Program-made: the position numbers and the translations under genes
Shown: one piece after another, positions 39,809-51,909 of the stretch
Layout: each line of letters opens with the position of its first letter
Numbering within the stretch: the first letter of the stretch is position 1
Notes under the pieces: model-generated
The model's database searches: none
Seen by the model: the letters and a program-made list of their open reading frames with translations, nothing else
What the model was told of the DNA's origin: nothing
Origin: Spirochaetia bacterium
GTDB lineage: Bacteria; Spirochaetota; Spirochaetia; SZUA-6; Bin103
Direction of reading: 5' to 3'
Assembly: GCA_965208575.1 (NCBI GenBank)
Contig: CBDBOV010000001.1
Location: 32,001 to 96,000, forward strand
Length of the DNA: 64,000 nucleotides

Positions 39809-41595
39809 CGTCTGACCCGGGCAAAGCGCAGGGCCATGCCGGAGTCGTAGCGGGAACTGCGCTGGATGCCGTCGAATGCGATCTCCACCACCTGTTCCGG
39901 GCGCACGTACACCACGCCGCCCCGGCGCTGCGTCTCCAGTTCCAGGAAGCGCTCGGTCTGCCAGCGCAGCATGTCGTCGGTCATGCCCTTGAAGGTCTTG
40001 CCCACCATGGCGAAGCCGCCGCGCTCGGTGTCGCGCGCGGCCAGGTGCAGGTTGCTCAGCGAGCCGCGCCGGCGGCCCGATCCCCACTCGACCGCTACCA
40101 CCACCAGGTCCAGGGTGTGCGCCGGCTTCACCTTGATCCAGCCGCTGCCGCGCCGGCCTGCCTCGTAGGTGCTGTCCAGCGCCTTGACCATCACTCCCTC
40201 GTGGCCGGCCGCGAGCACCCCGGCGGCATGGCGCGCGGCGTCCTCCGGGTCGGCGGTGATCACCCGCGGCACGCGCAGGGCGGCCGGGCAGGCGCGGTCC
40301 AGCGCCGCCAGCCGCTCGCTGAGCGGCCGGTCGATCAGGTCCTCCCCGTCCAGGTGCAGGCAATCGAAGAAGAACGGAACCAGCAACCGCCCGTTCGGGG
40401 CGCCGCCCGCATCGCCTCGGGCGTCATCCGCCGGCGCGCCGGCAGCCGCGGCTCCCGCCTGACCGCGGGTGTCCTCTGACGCGGCGCGCTCTCCCGCAGC
40501 GACACGGCGCCCGCCGCCCGCCCGCGCGTGCAGGGCGGCTTCGCCGATTCGTTGAGCTGCATCGGTCGCGTCCGCCCGGCGTGCATCGGGCGGCGCCCCG
40601 GTGCCGGAACCGCCAGCGTCAGCGGTGGCGCACTGCGCCGCACCGGCCAGCGCCCGCCCGCGTACATCGGCGGCGTCGTGGTGTTCCGGCGGGCTCCCTC
40701 CGGCGGCGCCGGCCGCCGTGTCGTTGGCAGCGCCGGTCCGTGCGCCGCGGCGGCCGAACCGGCTCATGGTAACCTGGAACGGCAGCGGGCGGCCGTCGGG
40801 GCGCAGGGCCAGCACCTCGCCGTCCAGGATCACCGAGCGCACCCGCAGGTTGACCACCGCGGCCACCAGGCCGGACAGGTTGGCGGACACCTCGCGCAGG
40901 TTGCGGGTGTACACGCGCACCTCGGCGCCGCAGCGGTGCACCTGCACGCGGGCGCCGTCGTACTTGGTCTCGACCGACGCGGTTCCGGTGCGCTGCAGCG
41001 CGGCCGCCACCTCCGGCGCGGTACCGGCGAGCATCGGCAGCAGCGGGCGAAACAGGGTCAGCCGGAAGCCGCGTAGCGCCTCCACGCCGGCGGCGAGCGC
41101 CGCCTCCCCGACCGCGGGCAGCGAGCCGGACACCATGAGGGCGCGCCGGACGTCGGTGGTGTCCACCTCGGCGGCCGCGGCCAGCGCGTCCGCCATGATG
41201 CCTTCCAGGGCGCCCTGGCGCAGCTCGCCCACCAGCAGCCGGCGCACAAACTGCTGCTCCGCGGCGCTGGCGCGGCACAGCAGCCGTTCCAGGATGGCGG
41301 CGCGCCGCGCGCCGGAACCGGGGCCGCCGGTACGCGCCAGCTCCGCGATGCCGTCGGCAGCCTGCCGTATGGTCAGGGTGGCCTCGGCCGCCGCCGCCAC
41401 CTCGGTGTCTCGCAGCGCCGCGTAGCCGATGCCGATCCGCCCTTCCGGCAGCGTACCCGACAGCCAGGCGATTCCTGTGCGCCGCTCGCCCGCCTCGAGC
41501 CGGCCCAGGCAGCCGGCCAGCGCCGCTACCTTGGCGGTGCGGGAGCGTGTCGCCGCCACCGCCGCTGACGCCGCCACCAGGTCTGCCAGCAGCAC
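39727..41595 (-). CDS. ATP-dependent DNA ligase (LigB-like) with internal insertion
   Basis: PMLA, ETKYDGAR (motif I), LDGE, FFFDCL, EGVMVK, WIKVK, ALRFAR..RDDK. Confidence 0.92.
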   Translation of the reverse strand: MLLADLVAASAAVAATRSRTAKVAALAGCLGRLEAGERRTGIAWLSGTLPEGRIGIGYAALRDTEVAAAAEATLTIRQAADGIAELARTGGPGSGARRAAILERLLCRASAAEQQFVRRLLVGELRQGALEGIMADALAAAAEVDTTDVRRALMVSGSLPAVGEAALAAGVEALRGFRLTLFRPLLPMLAGTAPEVAAALQRTGTASVETKYDGARVQVHRCGAEVRVYTRNLREVSANLSGLVAAVVNLRVRSVILDGEVLALRPDGRPLPFQVTMSRFGRRGARTGAANDTAAGAAGGSPPEHHDAADVRGRALAGAAQCATADAGGSGTGAPPDARRADATDAAQRIGEAALHARAGGGRRVAAGERAASEDTRGQAGAAAAGAPADDARGDAGGAPNGRLLVPFFFDCLHLDGEDLIDRPLSERLAALDRACPAALRVPRVITADPEDAARHAAGVLAAGHEGVMVKALDSTYEAGRRGSGWIKVKPAHTLDLVVVAVEWGSGRRRGSLSNLHLAARDTERGGFAMVGKTFKGMTDDMLRWQTERFLELETQRRGGVVYVRPEQVVEIAFDGIQRSSRYDSGMALRFARVRRYRDDKRAGEADTVAAMRALHVGSGGV

Positions 41596-41944
41596 GCCGC
41601 CGCTACCGCCCCGCCGCGCTCGATGCCGTGCTGACCGTGCGCCCGAACCATGCGGCTGCCGGTGGGCGGCACACCGCCGGCGGCCGGCGGCGCTGTGCCG
41701 GAAGTGGCATCCACGCGGCTCCGATAGCGGCAAGCCGTTGCGCGTCCGCACGTCGATACGGACGGTCGCAGCCGTGATCGTCGCGGTGCCTGCGGCAACC
41801 CCGACAGCCGTCGGCGCAACACCGGCAGCGGCGGCTGCGGCGACCTGACCCGGCTGGCCGAGCGGCTGCTCGCTCACCAATGCCCGCCAGGCTGACTCCT
41901 CGTACCTCGCCGCTGTCGGTCGACTCCGCGTCCAGCACCGGCTG

Positions 41945-42451
41945 CTAGCGGACGCTGGCGACGTCGCCCGCGACGTTGGCGCGGCTGTCCGGCGCGCCGG
42001 CGGGATGCGCGGACACCGCGGCGCCGGGGTGCACGGCGCCGGGCCGGCGCACCCGGCAGGTCACTCCGCCGCGCCACTGCGGCGTCAGGGCGGCACGCAG
42101 GCCGCCGCACGCCTCCTCCATCCGCTCGCACGGCGCCGTCTCGCCGGTCACCTCCAGTTCCACCTCGCCGATGCGCAGCAGACCCGCCACGGCCAGGTCG
42201 ACGCCGCTGACCAGCAGGTTCGCCCGCCGCGTCGTCCACGGCAGCTCGGGCCGGCCCACCTCCCGGCACGCCGCCTGCCACGACTCCAGGCTCAGCACCG
42301 TCACCTGCCGCCGCCCCGGGCGGCCGCGGAAGTCGTCCGCAACGCCGCCCTCCCGCGTCACCTCGGCCGCGGCCAACTCCTGCATCGTGCCGCGCGAGCG
42401 GTGCCGCACGGCGATCGCCAGCAGCCGCGGCCCCTGTTCCGCCATAGCCAT
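41945..42451 (-). CDS. MOSC domain protein
   Basis: RQVTVLS, RRANLLVSG, GETAPCERM, WRGGV. Confidence 0.88.
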   Translation of the reverse strand: MAMAEQGPRLLAIAVRHRSRGTMQELAAAEVTREGGVADDFRGRPGRRQVTVLSLESWQAACREVGRPELPWTTRRANLLVSGVDLAVAGLLRIGEVELEVTGETAPCERMEEACGGLRAALTPQWRGGVTCRVRRPGAVHPGAAVSAHPAGAPDSRANVAGDVASVR

Positions 42452-42506
42452 GGCCTACGCTACCACGCTGACGGCCGCGCGGTCACCTGCTACACTCGGC
42501 AGCCCA

Positions 42507-42725
42507 GTGCATCGCCTCGAGGTAAACGCCACCATCAACCTGCTCAAGGAGCACGGCCTGCTGCCGCCCGACCACGACGCCCCGCCGTCCGTGAACGATC
42601 TCATCGCGCACGTGTACGACGCCTGCGCACGCAACGGGGTGCGCCGGTCCGCCCTGCGCCGCGAGGTCGAGGCGCTGTGCCGCGAGCACCTGCGCCCGGA
42701 CGGCGTCCCGCCGCTCTCCCTCTGA
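42507..42725 (+). CDS. Small hypothetical protein
   Basis: MHRLEVNATINLLKEHGLLP... 72 aa with GC3-rich codons, TACACT box upstream. Confidence 0.5.
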   Translation: MHRLEVNATINLLKEHGLLPPDHDAPPSVNDLIAHVYDACARNGVRRSALRREVEALCREHLRPDGVPPLSL

Positions 42726-42735
42726 CCCGACCAAC

Positions 42736-42901
42736 TGCCGGAACGAAGTGCCGGCATCGCCGGAACGGAACGCCGGCCCGCCGGAACGGAGCGCCGGCCC
42801 GCCGGAACGGAGCGCCGGCCCGCCGGAACGGAACGCCGGCCCGCCGGAACGGAACGCCGGCCCGCCGGAACGGAACGCCGGCCCGCCGGAACGGAACGCC
42901 G
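42736..42901. repeat. 21-bp VNTR, 7 copies plus one degenerate
   Basis: CGCCGGAACGGA(A/G)CGCCGGCC at 42758, 42779, 42800, 42821, 42842, 42863 and 42884 (partial). No spacers. Confidence 0.92.
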
Positions 42902-42953
42902 CGTTGCTGCCGCCGCGAGGGCGCCCCGACCTTGCTGTGCACCCGGCGAATGG

Positions 42954-43805
42954 TCAGTCCCGGTCCGTCGGCCGCTGCTCCGGCTCAAGCCCCGGCTCCG
43001 GCATGAAGCCGGATTGCAGGAAGCCGCCGTCGATCGGAATCGCGGCGCCGTTGATGTAGTCGCCGCCGGGGCCGCACAGGAACGCCACCAGCGCCGCGAT
43101 CTCCTCGGGATACACCTCGCGCGGGATCGGCATGCGCTTGCGGCGCGACGCGCGCAGCGCCGGGTCGCGCGTGTACACCAGCGTGGTCATCGCGGTGGCG
43201 GCCACGCCCGGACACACCGTGTTCACGTTGATGCCGTAGCGCGCCCACTCCACGGCGAGCATGCCGGCGAGACTGTTGAGCGCCGCCTTGGAGGGGCTGT
43301 AGGCACCGCGTTCGGGGATCGGCGCCCACGCCCCGACCGACGACACGTACACCATGCGCCCGCCGCTGCCGCGCGCCACCAGGTGGCGGCCCACCGCCTG
43401 GCTGAACAGGAACGCGCCGGTCAGGTGACTGTCCAGGGCAGACCGCCACTGCGCCGCGCTCAGTTCCAGGGACGGCGCCTTGATGTTGTTGCCGGCGCAA
43501 TACACCAGCAGGTCGATCCGCTCGCAAGCCGCCACCGCGCCGCGCACCGCGGCCTGCACCGCCGCGCCGTCGGCCACGTCCACGGCCACCGCGTCATGTC
43601 CCGCACCCGGCAGCGCCGCCGCCACCGCGCGCGCCTGCTCCAGGTTCAGGTCCGCCACCACCACCGCCGCGCCCCGCCCGGCGAGCTCCCGGCACACCGC
43701 GCTGCCGATGCCGCCGGCGCCGCCCGGCACGATCGCGGCCCGGCCGGCCAGATCGCCGCCGTCCACTTCCCGGGTCCGCTCGGCGTCCGGTGCCGCGTTG
43801 CTCAC
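42954..43805 (-). CDS. SDR family oxidoreductase
   Basis: PGGAGGIG, YVSS, YSPSK, NTVCPG, INGAAIPIDGG. Confidence 0.9.
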   Translation of the reverse strand: MSNAAPDAERTREVDGGDLAGRAAIVPGGAGGIGSAVCRELAGRGAAVVVADLNLEQARAVAAALPGAGHDAVAVDVADGAAVQAAVRGAVAACERIDLLVYCAGNNIKAPSLELSAAQWRSALDSHLTGAFLFSQAVGRHLVARGSGGRMVYVSSVGAWAPIPERGAYSPSKAALNSLAGMLAVEWARYGINVNTVCPGVAATAMTTLVYTRDPALRASRRKRMPIPREVYPEEIAALVAFLCGPGGDYINGAAIPIDGGFLQSGFMPEPGLEPEQRPTDRD

Positions 43806-44533
43806 CCGGTACCGAGGTGCCGGCCCAGGAACTGCACGGTGAGCGGCCACGACTCGGCCGCGGCCTCCGTGTGGTAGCGCGTCGGGTTGGTAAAGTCCAT
43901 GTAGCCGTGACCGGCGCCGGCGAAGCTCTCGAAGCGATGTTCCACGCCGTGGCGGGTCAGCTCGGCGTCGATGGCGTCGCGATCCTCCGGAGACGGGTTG
44001 CCGTCGCGGCCACCGAAGAAGCCGAGCACCGGGCAGGCGATCTCGCCGAGGCGGTCGAACGGCGCTGCGCCCTCCCCCCACGCCAGGCGCGTGTTGCCGC
44101 CGTAGAACGCCACCGCGCCGCGCAGCCGGTCGCTGGCCGCGGCCAGCAGGTACGCCACCCGCCCGCCCATGCAGAACCCCACCACCGCGACCGGCCGCCC
44201 CGTGCCGGCGGCGCCGCCGGCGCCGAGGTGGTCGAGCACGGCGTTGCAGTCGGCGACGATCTCGTCGTCGCGCAGCAGCGCCATCCGCTCAAGCGGTTGT
44301 TCAGGCGGCGGATCCTGGCGATGGTACAGTTCCGGAGCGGCCGCCACGAAGCCGGCAGCCGCCAGCCGCCGAGACATGCCCTGCACGAACTGGTCCACGC
44401 CGCCGGCGTGCTGGATCACCAGGACCGCGGGCGTATCGGGAGCGTCACCGGCGTCGTCCGGACGCGCCACGAAGGTGCGCATCGGAGCGCCATCGACCGG
44501 CAACGTCTGCCAGTCACTACTGTGGGCAATCAT
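43802..44533 (-). CDS. Dienelactone hydrolase family protein
   Basis: GFCMGG, FYGG, AGHGY. Confidence 0.92.
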   Translation of the reverse strand: MIAHSSDWQTLPVDGAPMRTFVARPDDAGDAPDTPAVLVIQHAGGVDQFVQGMSRRLAAAGFVAAAPELYHRQDPPPEQPLERMALLRDDEIVADCNAVLDHLGAGGAAGTGRPVAVVGFCMGGRVAYLLAAASDRLRGAVAFYGGNTRLAWGEGAAPFDRLGEIACPVLGFFGGRDGNPSPEDRDAIDAELTRHGVEHRFESFAGAGHGYMDFTNPTRYHTEAAAESWPLTVQFLGRHLGTG

Positions 44534-44682
44534 GACAACATCATAGCGCGCCGCGCCGCCGCCGGCCATTGCCGCACCGCCCGATCCACCCGATCGCTCC
44601 GTTCGGGGCCGGCGGCAAACCGCGAAGAAAATCCTTGCACCAAGTGCGGCGCGCCGATTAACTTGTGATCCGTTTTAGCCAC

Positions 44683-46170
44683 ATGATCGGTATCGGACTC
44701 GATTTCGGCACGACCAATACCACGGTCGCCGTGGCCGATGGCGACCAGATCACGTATCTCACGCTCGATCCACTCGCCGTCCCGACCACGGTCATGCCCA
44801 CCGCACTCTACATACGCCGCACCATGGACCACACCGTGGGCAGCATCGCCATCGCCAGTTACCTCGGGGACAACGCCGGCCGCGTGGTACGCCTGCGCAA
44901 GATCGACATCGGCGCGATCGCCATGACCGTCAACGCCAGCGATGGCGGCAGCGCTCCCGGCCACTCGGAGGGAGACGCCGTCGAGGTCGCCGTGCGGGTA
45001 CGCGGCGACGACGACGCGGAACTGCCCGGGCGGCTGTTCCGCGGCCTCAAGAGCTATCTCGGCATCCGCACCCACGAACGCTTCAAGGTGTTCCACCGCC
45101 AGTTTCGCACCGTCGCCCTCGTCACCCTGATCCTGTCCGAGATTCGCCGCTCCGTCGAATCCTCGGGCCGCACGCTCGACGGCGGCCTGCACATCGGCCG
45201 CCCGGTGCGCTTCGTCGGCGATGACGACGCCAACGCCATCGCCATGGCGCGCCTCGAGGAAGCGTGCCGCAACGCCGGCTTCAACGACTTCACGTTTTAC
45301 CCGGAGCCGGTGGCGGCCAGCCTCAGCTACCTCCATGCCCGGCGCATGGCGAAGCCCGACGAGGCGAGTTCCGCACCCGCCCGGCGCGGCCTGCTCGCGG
45401 CCGCCAACGACGCCCGCCGCCGCGGCGAAGCGCAGCTTCTGCTCACCTTCGACTTCGGCGGCGGAACGCTGGACCTGTGCCTCCTGGAGAGCCGCGACGG
45501 GATGTTCCGGGTGCTCGGCACGGAGGGCCTGCCGCTCGGCGGCAACCGCATCGACCAGCTCATCATCAAGCGCCTGGTGTTTCCGGAACTGGGCGAGGGC
45601 GCGCCGATCAAGAGCGCCCAGCACCTCCGTCACGCGGACACGGTGTTCCCCTTCTACCGATTCGCCGACTACCTGCTCAACTGGCAGATGGCGTACATGA
45701 TGAATCAGCCCGACCTGATGGACACGTTGTTCGCCGGCATCCGGTCGGGGCCGGACCAGCAGCGCAAGCTGGGGCGGCTGTGGCGCCTGGTGCGCGGCAA
45801 CTACGCGTACGCCCTGCTGAACGCCACCGAACGCGCCAAGGCGCGCCTGTCGGAGAAGGAGCAGACGGCGATCGCCCTGCCCGACATCGAGCTGGAGGTG
45901 CCGTTCGACCGCCCGCGCCTGGAGCAGATCCTGGAGCCGGTGGTGGAAGAGATCGGCGCCGCGGTCGCCACCCTGCTGAACAAGACGCGGGTAGCGTCCG
46001 ACCAGATCGACCGCGTGGTGTGCACCGGCGGATCGTCGCAGCTCCTGCCGGTGCAGGCGCGGCTGGAGGAGCTGTTTCCCGGCCGCATCGAGCGCTTCGA
46101 CTTCTACCGCAGCATCGCCGGCGGACTCGCCCTGGCGAGCGCACGCGGCTACCGGCACGACCTGCCGTAA
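44683..46170 (+). CDS. Hsp70-family protein (YegD-like)
   Basis: GLDFGTTN, GRPVRF, PEPVAA, DFGGGTLD, TGGSS. No substrate-binding domain. Confidence 0.88.
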   Translation: MIGIGLDFGTTNTTVAVADGDQITYLTLDPLAVPTTVMPTALYIRRTMDHTVGSIAIASYLGDNAGRVVRLRKIDIGAIAMTVNASDGGSAPGHSEGDAVEVAVRVRGDDDAELPGRLFRGLKSYLGIRTHERFKVFHRQFRTVALVTLILSEIRRSVESSGRTLDGGLHIGRPVRFVGDDDANAIAMARLEEACRNAGFNDFTFYPEPVAASLSYLHARRMAKPDEASSAPARRGLLAAANDARRRGEAQLLLTFDFGGGTLDLCLLESRDGMFRVLGTEGLPLGGNRIDQLIIKRLVFPELGEGAPIKSAQHLRHADTVFPFYRFADYLLNWQMAYMMNQPDLMDTLFAGIRSGPDQQRKLGRLWRLVRGNYAYALLNATERAKARLSEKEQTAIALPDIELEVPFDRPRLEQILEPVVEEIGAAVATLLNKTRVASDQIDRVVCTGGSSQLLPVQARLEELFPGRIERFDFYRSIAGGLALASARGYRHDLP

Positions 46171-46453
46171 GCGTGCCGTCCCGCGGGTTCCCCTTTCACG
46201 CCTCCGGTGCGCGCGTGGTGAGGCCATCTGCAGCGCCGGCACCGGAGCGCTCCGCCGGCCGGCGGCCGCCGCCAACGCGCAGCGCCGCGCCCGCGCTACC
46301 GGCGATGGCCGCCACCAACGTACGCGCCACGCCTGCCGCGGCCGCGCCACCGTGCCGCGGCGACCGCCTCGGGCGGCCGCTCCCGACGACCGCCGCGCAG
46401 CATCGCCCGGCGATGCTGCCGCACCCGACGGCCGCCGCGCCGACGGCCGGCCG

Positions 46454-47212
46454 GTGACGGTCACCGCCGTCCGCACCCCGCTGATCCGCCCCGGCTGCGA
46501 CCTGGCGGCGGTGCTCGCGGCCAGCCTGCCGGCCCCGCTGCCGGACCGCTGCGTGCTGGTGGTCGCCACCAAGGTGGTCAGCATTGCCGAGGGCCGCCTC
46601 ACCGGGCGCGCCGGCGACCGCGCCGCGCTGCACGACCTGGTGCGGCGGGAGGCGGAGTACTACCTGGAGCCGCATGCCTCGCGCTACGACATCATGCTCA
46701 CCATCAAGCGCAACTGGATGTTCGTGAACGCCGGCATCGACCAGTCCAACGCCGCCGGCCACCTGGCGCCCTGGCCGCGCGACCCGCAGCGCAGCGCAGG
46801 CGAGCTGTGGCGCCGGCTGCGCGAACATGCCGCCGGTGCGCGCCGCCTCGGCGTGATCCTCGCCGACTCGGGCGGCATCCCGCTGAACTGGGGCGTGGTC
46901 GGCCGCGGCATCGCCCACTGCGGCTTCGTCGCGCTGCGCGACTATACCGGCACCCCCGACCTGCACGGCCGCACGATGAGGATGGAAAAGACCAACCTGG
47001 TGCAGTCGATCGCCGCCGCCGCGGTGCTGGAGATGGGCGAGGGCGCCGAGCGCACCCCGGTCGCGGTGGTGGAGCAGGTAGGCCGCCTGCACTTCCAGGA
47101 CCGCGAGCCCACCGCCGCCGAACTGGCGGCCCTGCGCATCAGCCTCGAAGACGACGCCTACGCCCCCATCCTCCGCTCCGCCCCCTGGCAGCGCGGCGCC
47201 GGCGGCTCCTAG
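46454..47212 (+). CDS. CofE-like gamma-glutamyl ligase
   Basis: TKVVSIAEG, NAGIDQSN, GVILADS, MGEGAERTP. Start uncertain (46352 or 46454). Confidence 0.85.
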   Translation: MTVTAVRTPLIRPGCDLAAVLAASLPAPLPDRCVLVVATKVVSIAEGRLTGRAGDRAALHDLVRREAEYYLEPHASRYDIMLTIKRNWMFVNAGIDQSNAAGHLAPWPRDPQRSAGELWRRLREHAAGARRLGVILADSGGIPLNWGVVGRGIAHCGFVALRDYTGTPDLHGRTMRMEKTNLVQSIAAAAVLEMGEGAERTPVAVVEQVGRLHFQDREPTAAELAALRISLEDDAYAPILRSAPWQRGAGGS

Positions 47213-47226
47213 CCGGCTCGATCCCG

Positions 47227-47766
47227 TCAGCCGGACGCAGCCCAACGACCGTACTCGGTACAAGCTGCCACGAGGGAGTCTGGTGCAGGCTGCCGAAGCT
47301 CGTTTCTTCTGCACATATCGACGAGGGTATTGACATGACGGGCGCAGTCGCTTTCGCGTGGCAAGCGAGGGTAATCGCGTTTCGATTCATCGACGGTCGT
47401 ACCTTCAAGATATTTCAGCCAAGTCTCGATCCTCCACGTCGGCACAAACAAGAGTACGCTATCCGGCCGTTTAACGAGGCCGTGCTTTTTGCAATGAGAG
47501 TCGAACTGGGCGACACGCCTACGAACGCCTCGGTCATCGCCGTCAACCATCACCATCAGAGCTTGTGATACGTGCCTACTCCGGTGTTCCCTGAGTTCCG
47601 TTCCGAAGCGGTTTCGTACGAATTGCTCTGCAGATCCATCCGCCGGTCCAGCCATCTGTATTCGGGCCTGATGGTCTCGCCATCCCATCTTCAGGAGGAA
47701 GCGCCGAACGAACACGCGGTGCTGCTTGTCCTCACAAAGCAACACGATCTGGACTCGTCGACTCAG
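47227..47766 (-). CDS. TOPRIM-like (DUF4276/RloB-like) partner of the ABC ATPase
   Basis: IVLLCED, MVMVDGDD, IETW. The frame opens at CTG 47766, overlapping the ATPase stop; alternative GTG at 47745. Confidence 0.7.
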   Translation of the reverse strand: MSRRVQIVLLCEDKQHRVFVRRFLLKMGWRDHQARIQMAGPADGSAEQFVRNRFGTELREHRSRHVSQALMVMVDGDDRGVRRRVAQFDSHCKKHGLVKRPDSVLLFVPTWRIETWLKYLEGTTVDESKRDYPRLPRESDCARHVNTLVDMCRRNELRQPAPDSLVAACTEYGRWAASG

Positions 47767-48890
47767 CTTTCCCAGCCTCGGGCGAATAACTCGGACAACT
47801 GCAGACCATTATCGGTCCCGTTGGAAGCGTTCTTCAAACTATGGGTGGTAATGATGCCAGATGCGTCGCGCAGAAACAGAACGCCGTTGTCGCGGCCGAG
47901 GTAGTCGATCAACTCCGGATGATGAGAGCTGATCACAGCTTGCATCAAAGTATCCCCGCAGGCGTCCTCCAGGCCCATCAGTCAGGGCTGAATCTCCCTT
48001 AGTGCAACATAATTCTCTGGTTCGTCGAGGAACAAAGTGTAGCCCTGGTCTCTCGCCATGTGAATCAGGCCATATAGCAACACGAGGCCCCGTTGGCCGT
48101 CAGATAATTCATCGAACCGCAGCTCGTATCGAGTGTGGGAGTTCGCCTGTTCTACAAACCCGACCATGAGAGCGCGTGTCTCATGGCCGACCTTCTCCAA
48201 TCTGACCTCGTCGAACCCAGCTCCGATAGCGTCCCGAAGGGTGCGTGTATAATCCGTCACGAGACCGGGGTGCTCCTGAAGCCCGTGCCTATACCAGTCA
48301 GCAAAGTTGTGACCATCACGTGCCAATAATGCAGCTTCATCGGCCGATACAGTGTGGAAGTGCGGCGGGTGGGGACTGCACACCAACACCTTTCTCATGA
48401 AATCGAGGAAACTGGTAAGTCGAATATTGTCGTGACGGGAAGCAACACGAGCCAAAGCTGATTCCGAGCAATCGACAGAGTAACTTGGTCCCTTGGAGTG
48501 GTCGTCGCGGTAGAGCTGAACCTCGCCCTCCTTACATTCGAACAACGGTTTCCCCTCCAGGAGCAACCGCTCAGCATGAATCCGGGCACGTCTCGTGGCT
48601 CGTTCATGGTCAATTTCGAGATGATGGGTGAACATATCCGAATTCAGCAGTACCTGGATCTCGAAGACTTGCCGGTTACGACTCTGCCACCGAGTGAGAG
48701 TCTCGGTAGGAAACGTGTCCCGATCGGCGACCCTCGCGTCGCCCGAGAGCAGACGCCGCAATGCGAACATGATGTCGAGTATCGAGGACTTCCCTACTCC
48801 GCTTGGACCCAGGAGCAAGGACAACTCCCCGAGAGGCAAGTCAAAGTTGACGAGGCACCGATAGTTGTCGACGAACAACCTGGTGATCAT
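47763..48890 (-). pseudogene. AAA_21/ABC-type ATPase interrupted by an in-frame TGA
   Basis: GPSGVGKS, LSDGQR, FLDEPENY, then IQP*LMGLE (TGA at 47982-47984). The same frame continues to ISSHHPELIDY. Confidence 0.85.
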
Positions 48891-48931
48891 TGAGGCATGT
48901 ACCCTGAATCAATCATAACACACATTTCGGA

Positions 48932-49432
48932 TCAGGCATCGTCGGAGTGCAGTTCTTTGTCCGGGAGGCGGCGGCGGAGGTGGTCGGAGAGGGATTCACC
49001 GGCGGCGAGCTCGACGTCGGTGGCGGGGATGCGGCGCTGCAGCTCTTCGCCGAGCAGGGTGAAGTTCTCGAACTCGCGCGACACGGTCATCAGCCGGTCG
49101 TCCTTCTCCACGTATACGTAGAGCAGTTCCATGCCGTTCGCGGCGCGCGCCGTGCCGGCGAAGGTGACCTCGTCCCACGGGTGCCGGTGGGTTTCCTCGC
49201 CGAACTCGCAGATGGTCACGCCGCCGTCGTCGGCAGCCACGTAGCTCGCGAGGTGCTTCACGATGAAGCGCACGATGCGGTAGGCGATGTAGCCCGCCAG
49301 CAGCAGGGCAACGAGGCCGACGACGACCTGTACCAGGATCGTCACCAGCAGCGCGCCGGCCACCAGGGCGGCAACCACGGCCACCGGTATCAGCGCGCGC
49401 GGGTTGGAGCGCAGCGTCATGTGCGCCTTCAT
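48932..49432 (-). CDS. Membrane protein, hypothetical
   Basis: Two TM helices plus a small soluble domain. Confidence 0.7.
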   Translation of the reverse strand: MKAHMTLRSNPRALIPVAVVAALVAGALLVTILVQVVVGLVALLLAGYIAYRIVRFIVKHLASYVAADDGGVTICEFGEETHRHPWDEVTFAGTARAANGMELLYVYVEKDDRLMTVSREFENFTLLGEELQRRIPATDVELAAGESLSDHLRRRLPDKELHSDDA

Positions 49433-49521
49433 GATGGGCGACCCCTCACGCCGGCACCATAGGCGCCCGGCGCGCCCGCGTCAATTCCGCACCTCCCGGT
49501 AACTCAAGGTAGGGGCATTCG

Positions 49522-49550
49522 TTGACTGCACCGGACGATGCCCATACTTT
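49522..49550 (+). promoter_or_regulatory. Sigma70-type promoter of hppA
   Basis: TTGACT-N17-TACTTT. Confidence 0.6.
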
Positions 49551-49623
49551 AGGGCCGACCCACTCCTGACGCCGCCTGAGCGGGCGCAGCAACGAGTGGA
49601 CCAACCAGCACTGCGAGGCACCA

Positions 49624-51909
<2,286 letters not shown>

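Noticed and set aside
40392-40745. Intein or intron in the DNA ligase
   Set aside because: No C/S start, HN end or endonuclease motifs; composition is low-complexity.
42736-42901. CRISPR array, or the PPERNAG-repeat ORF 42748..43059
   Set aside because: Repeats are contiguous with no unique spacers and no cas genes are present. The ORF is a by-product of a 21-bp repeat and overlaps the SDR gene.
47982-47984. Selenocysteine or genome-wide TGA=Trp recoding
   Set aside because: Many intact genes here end in TGA, the position is not a Cys-type site, and no clear SECIS hairpin follows.
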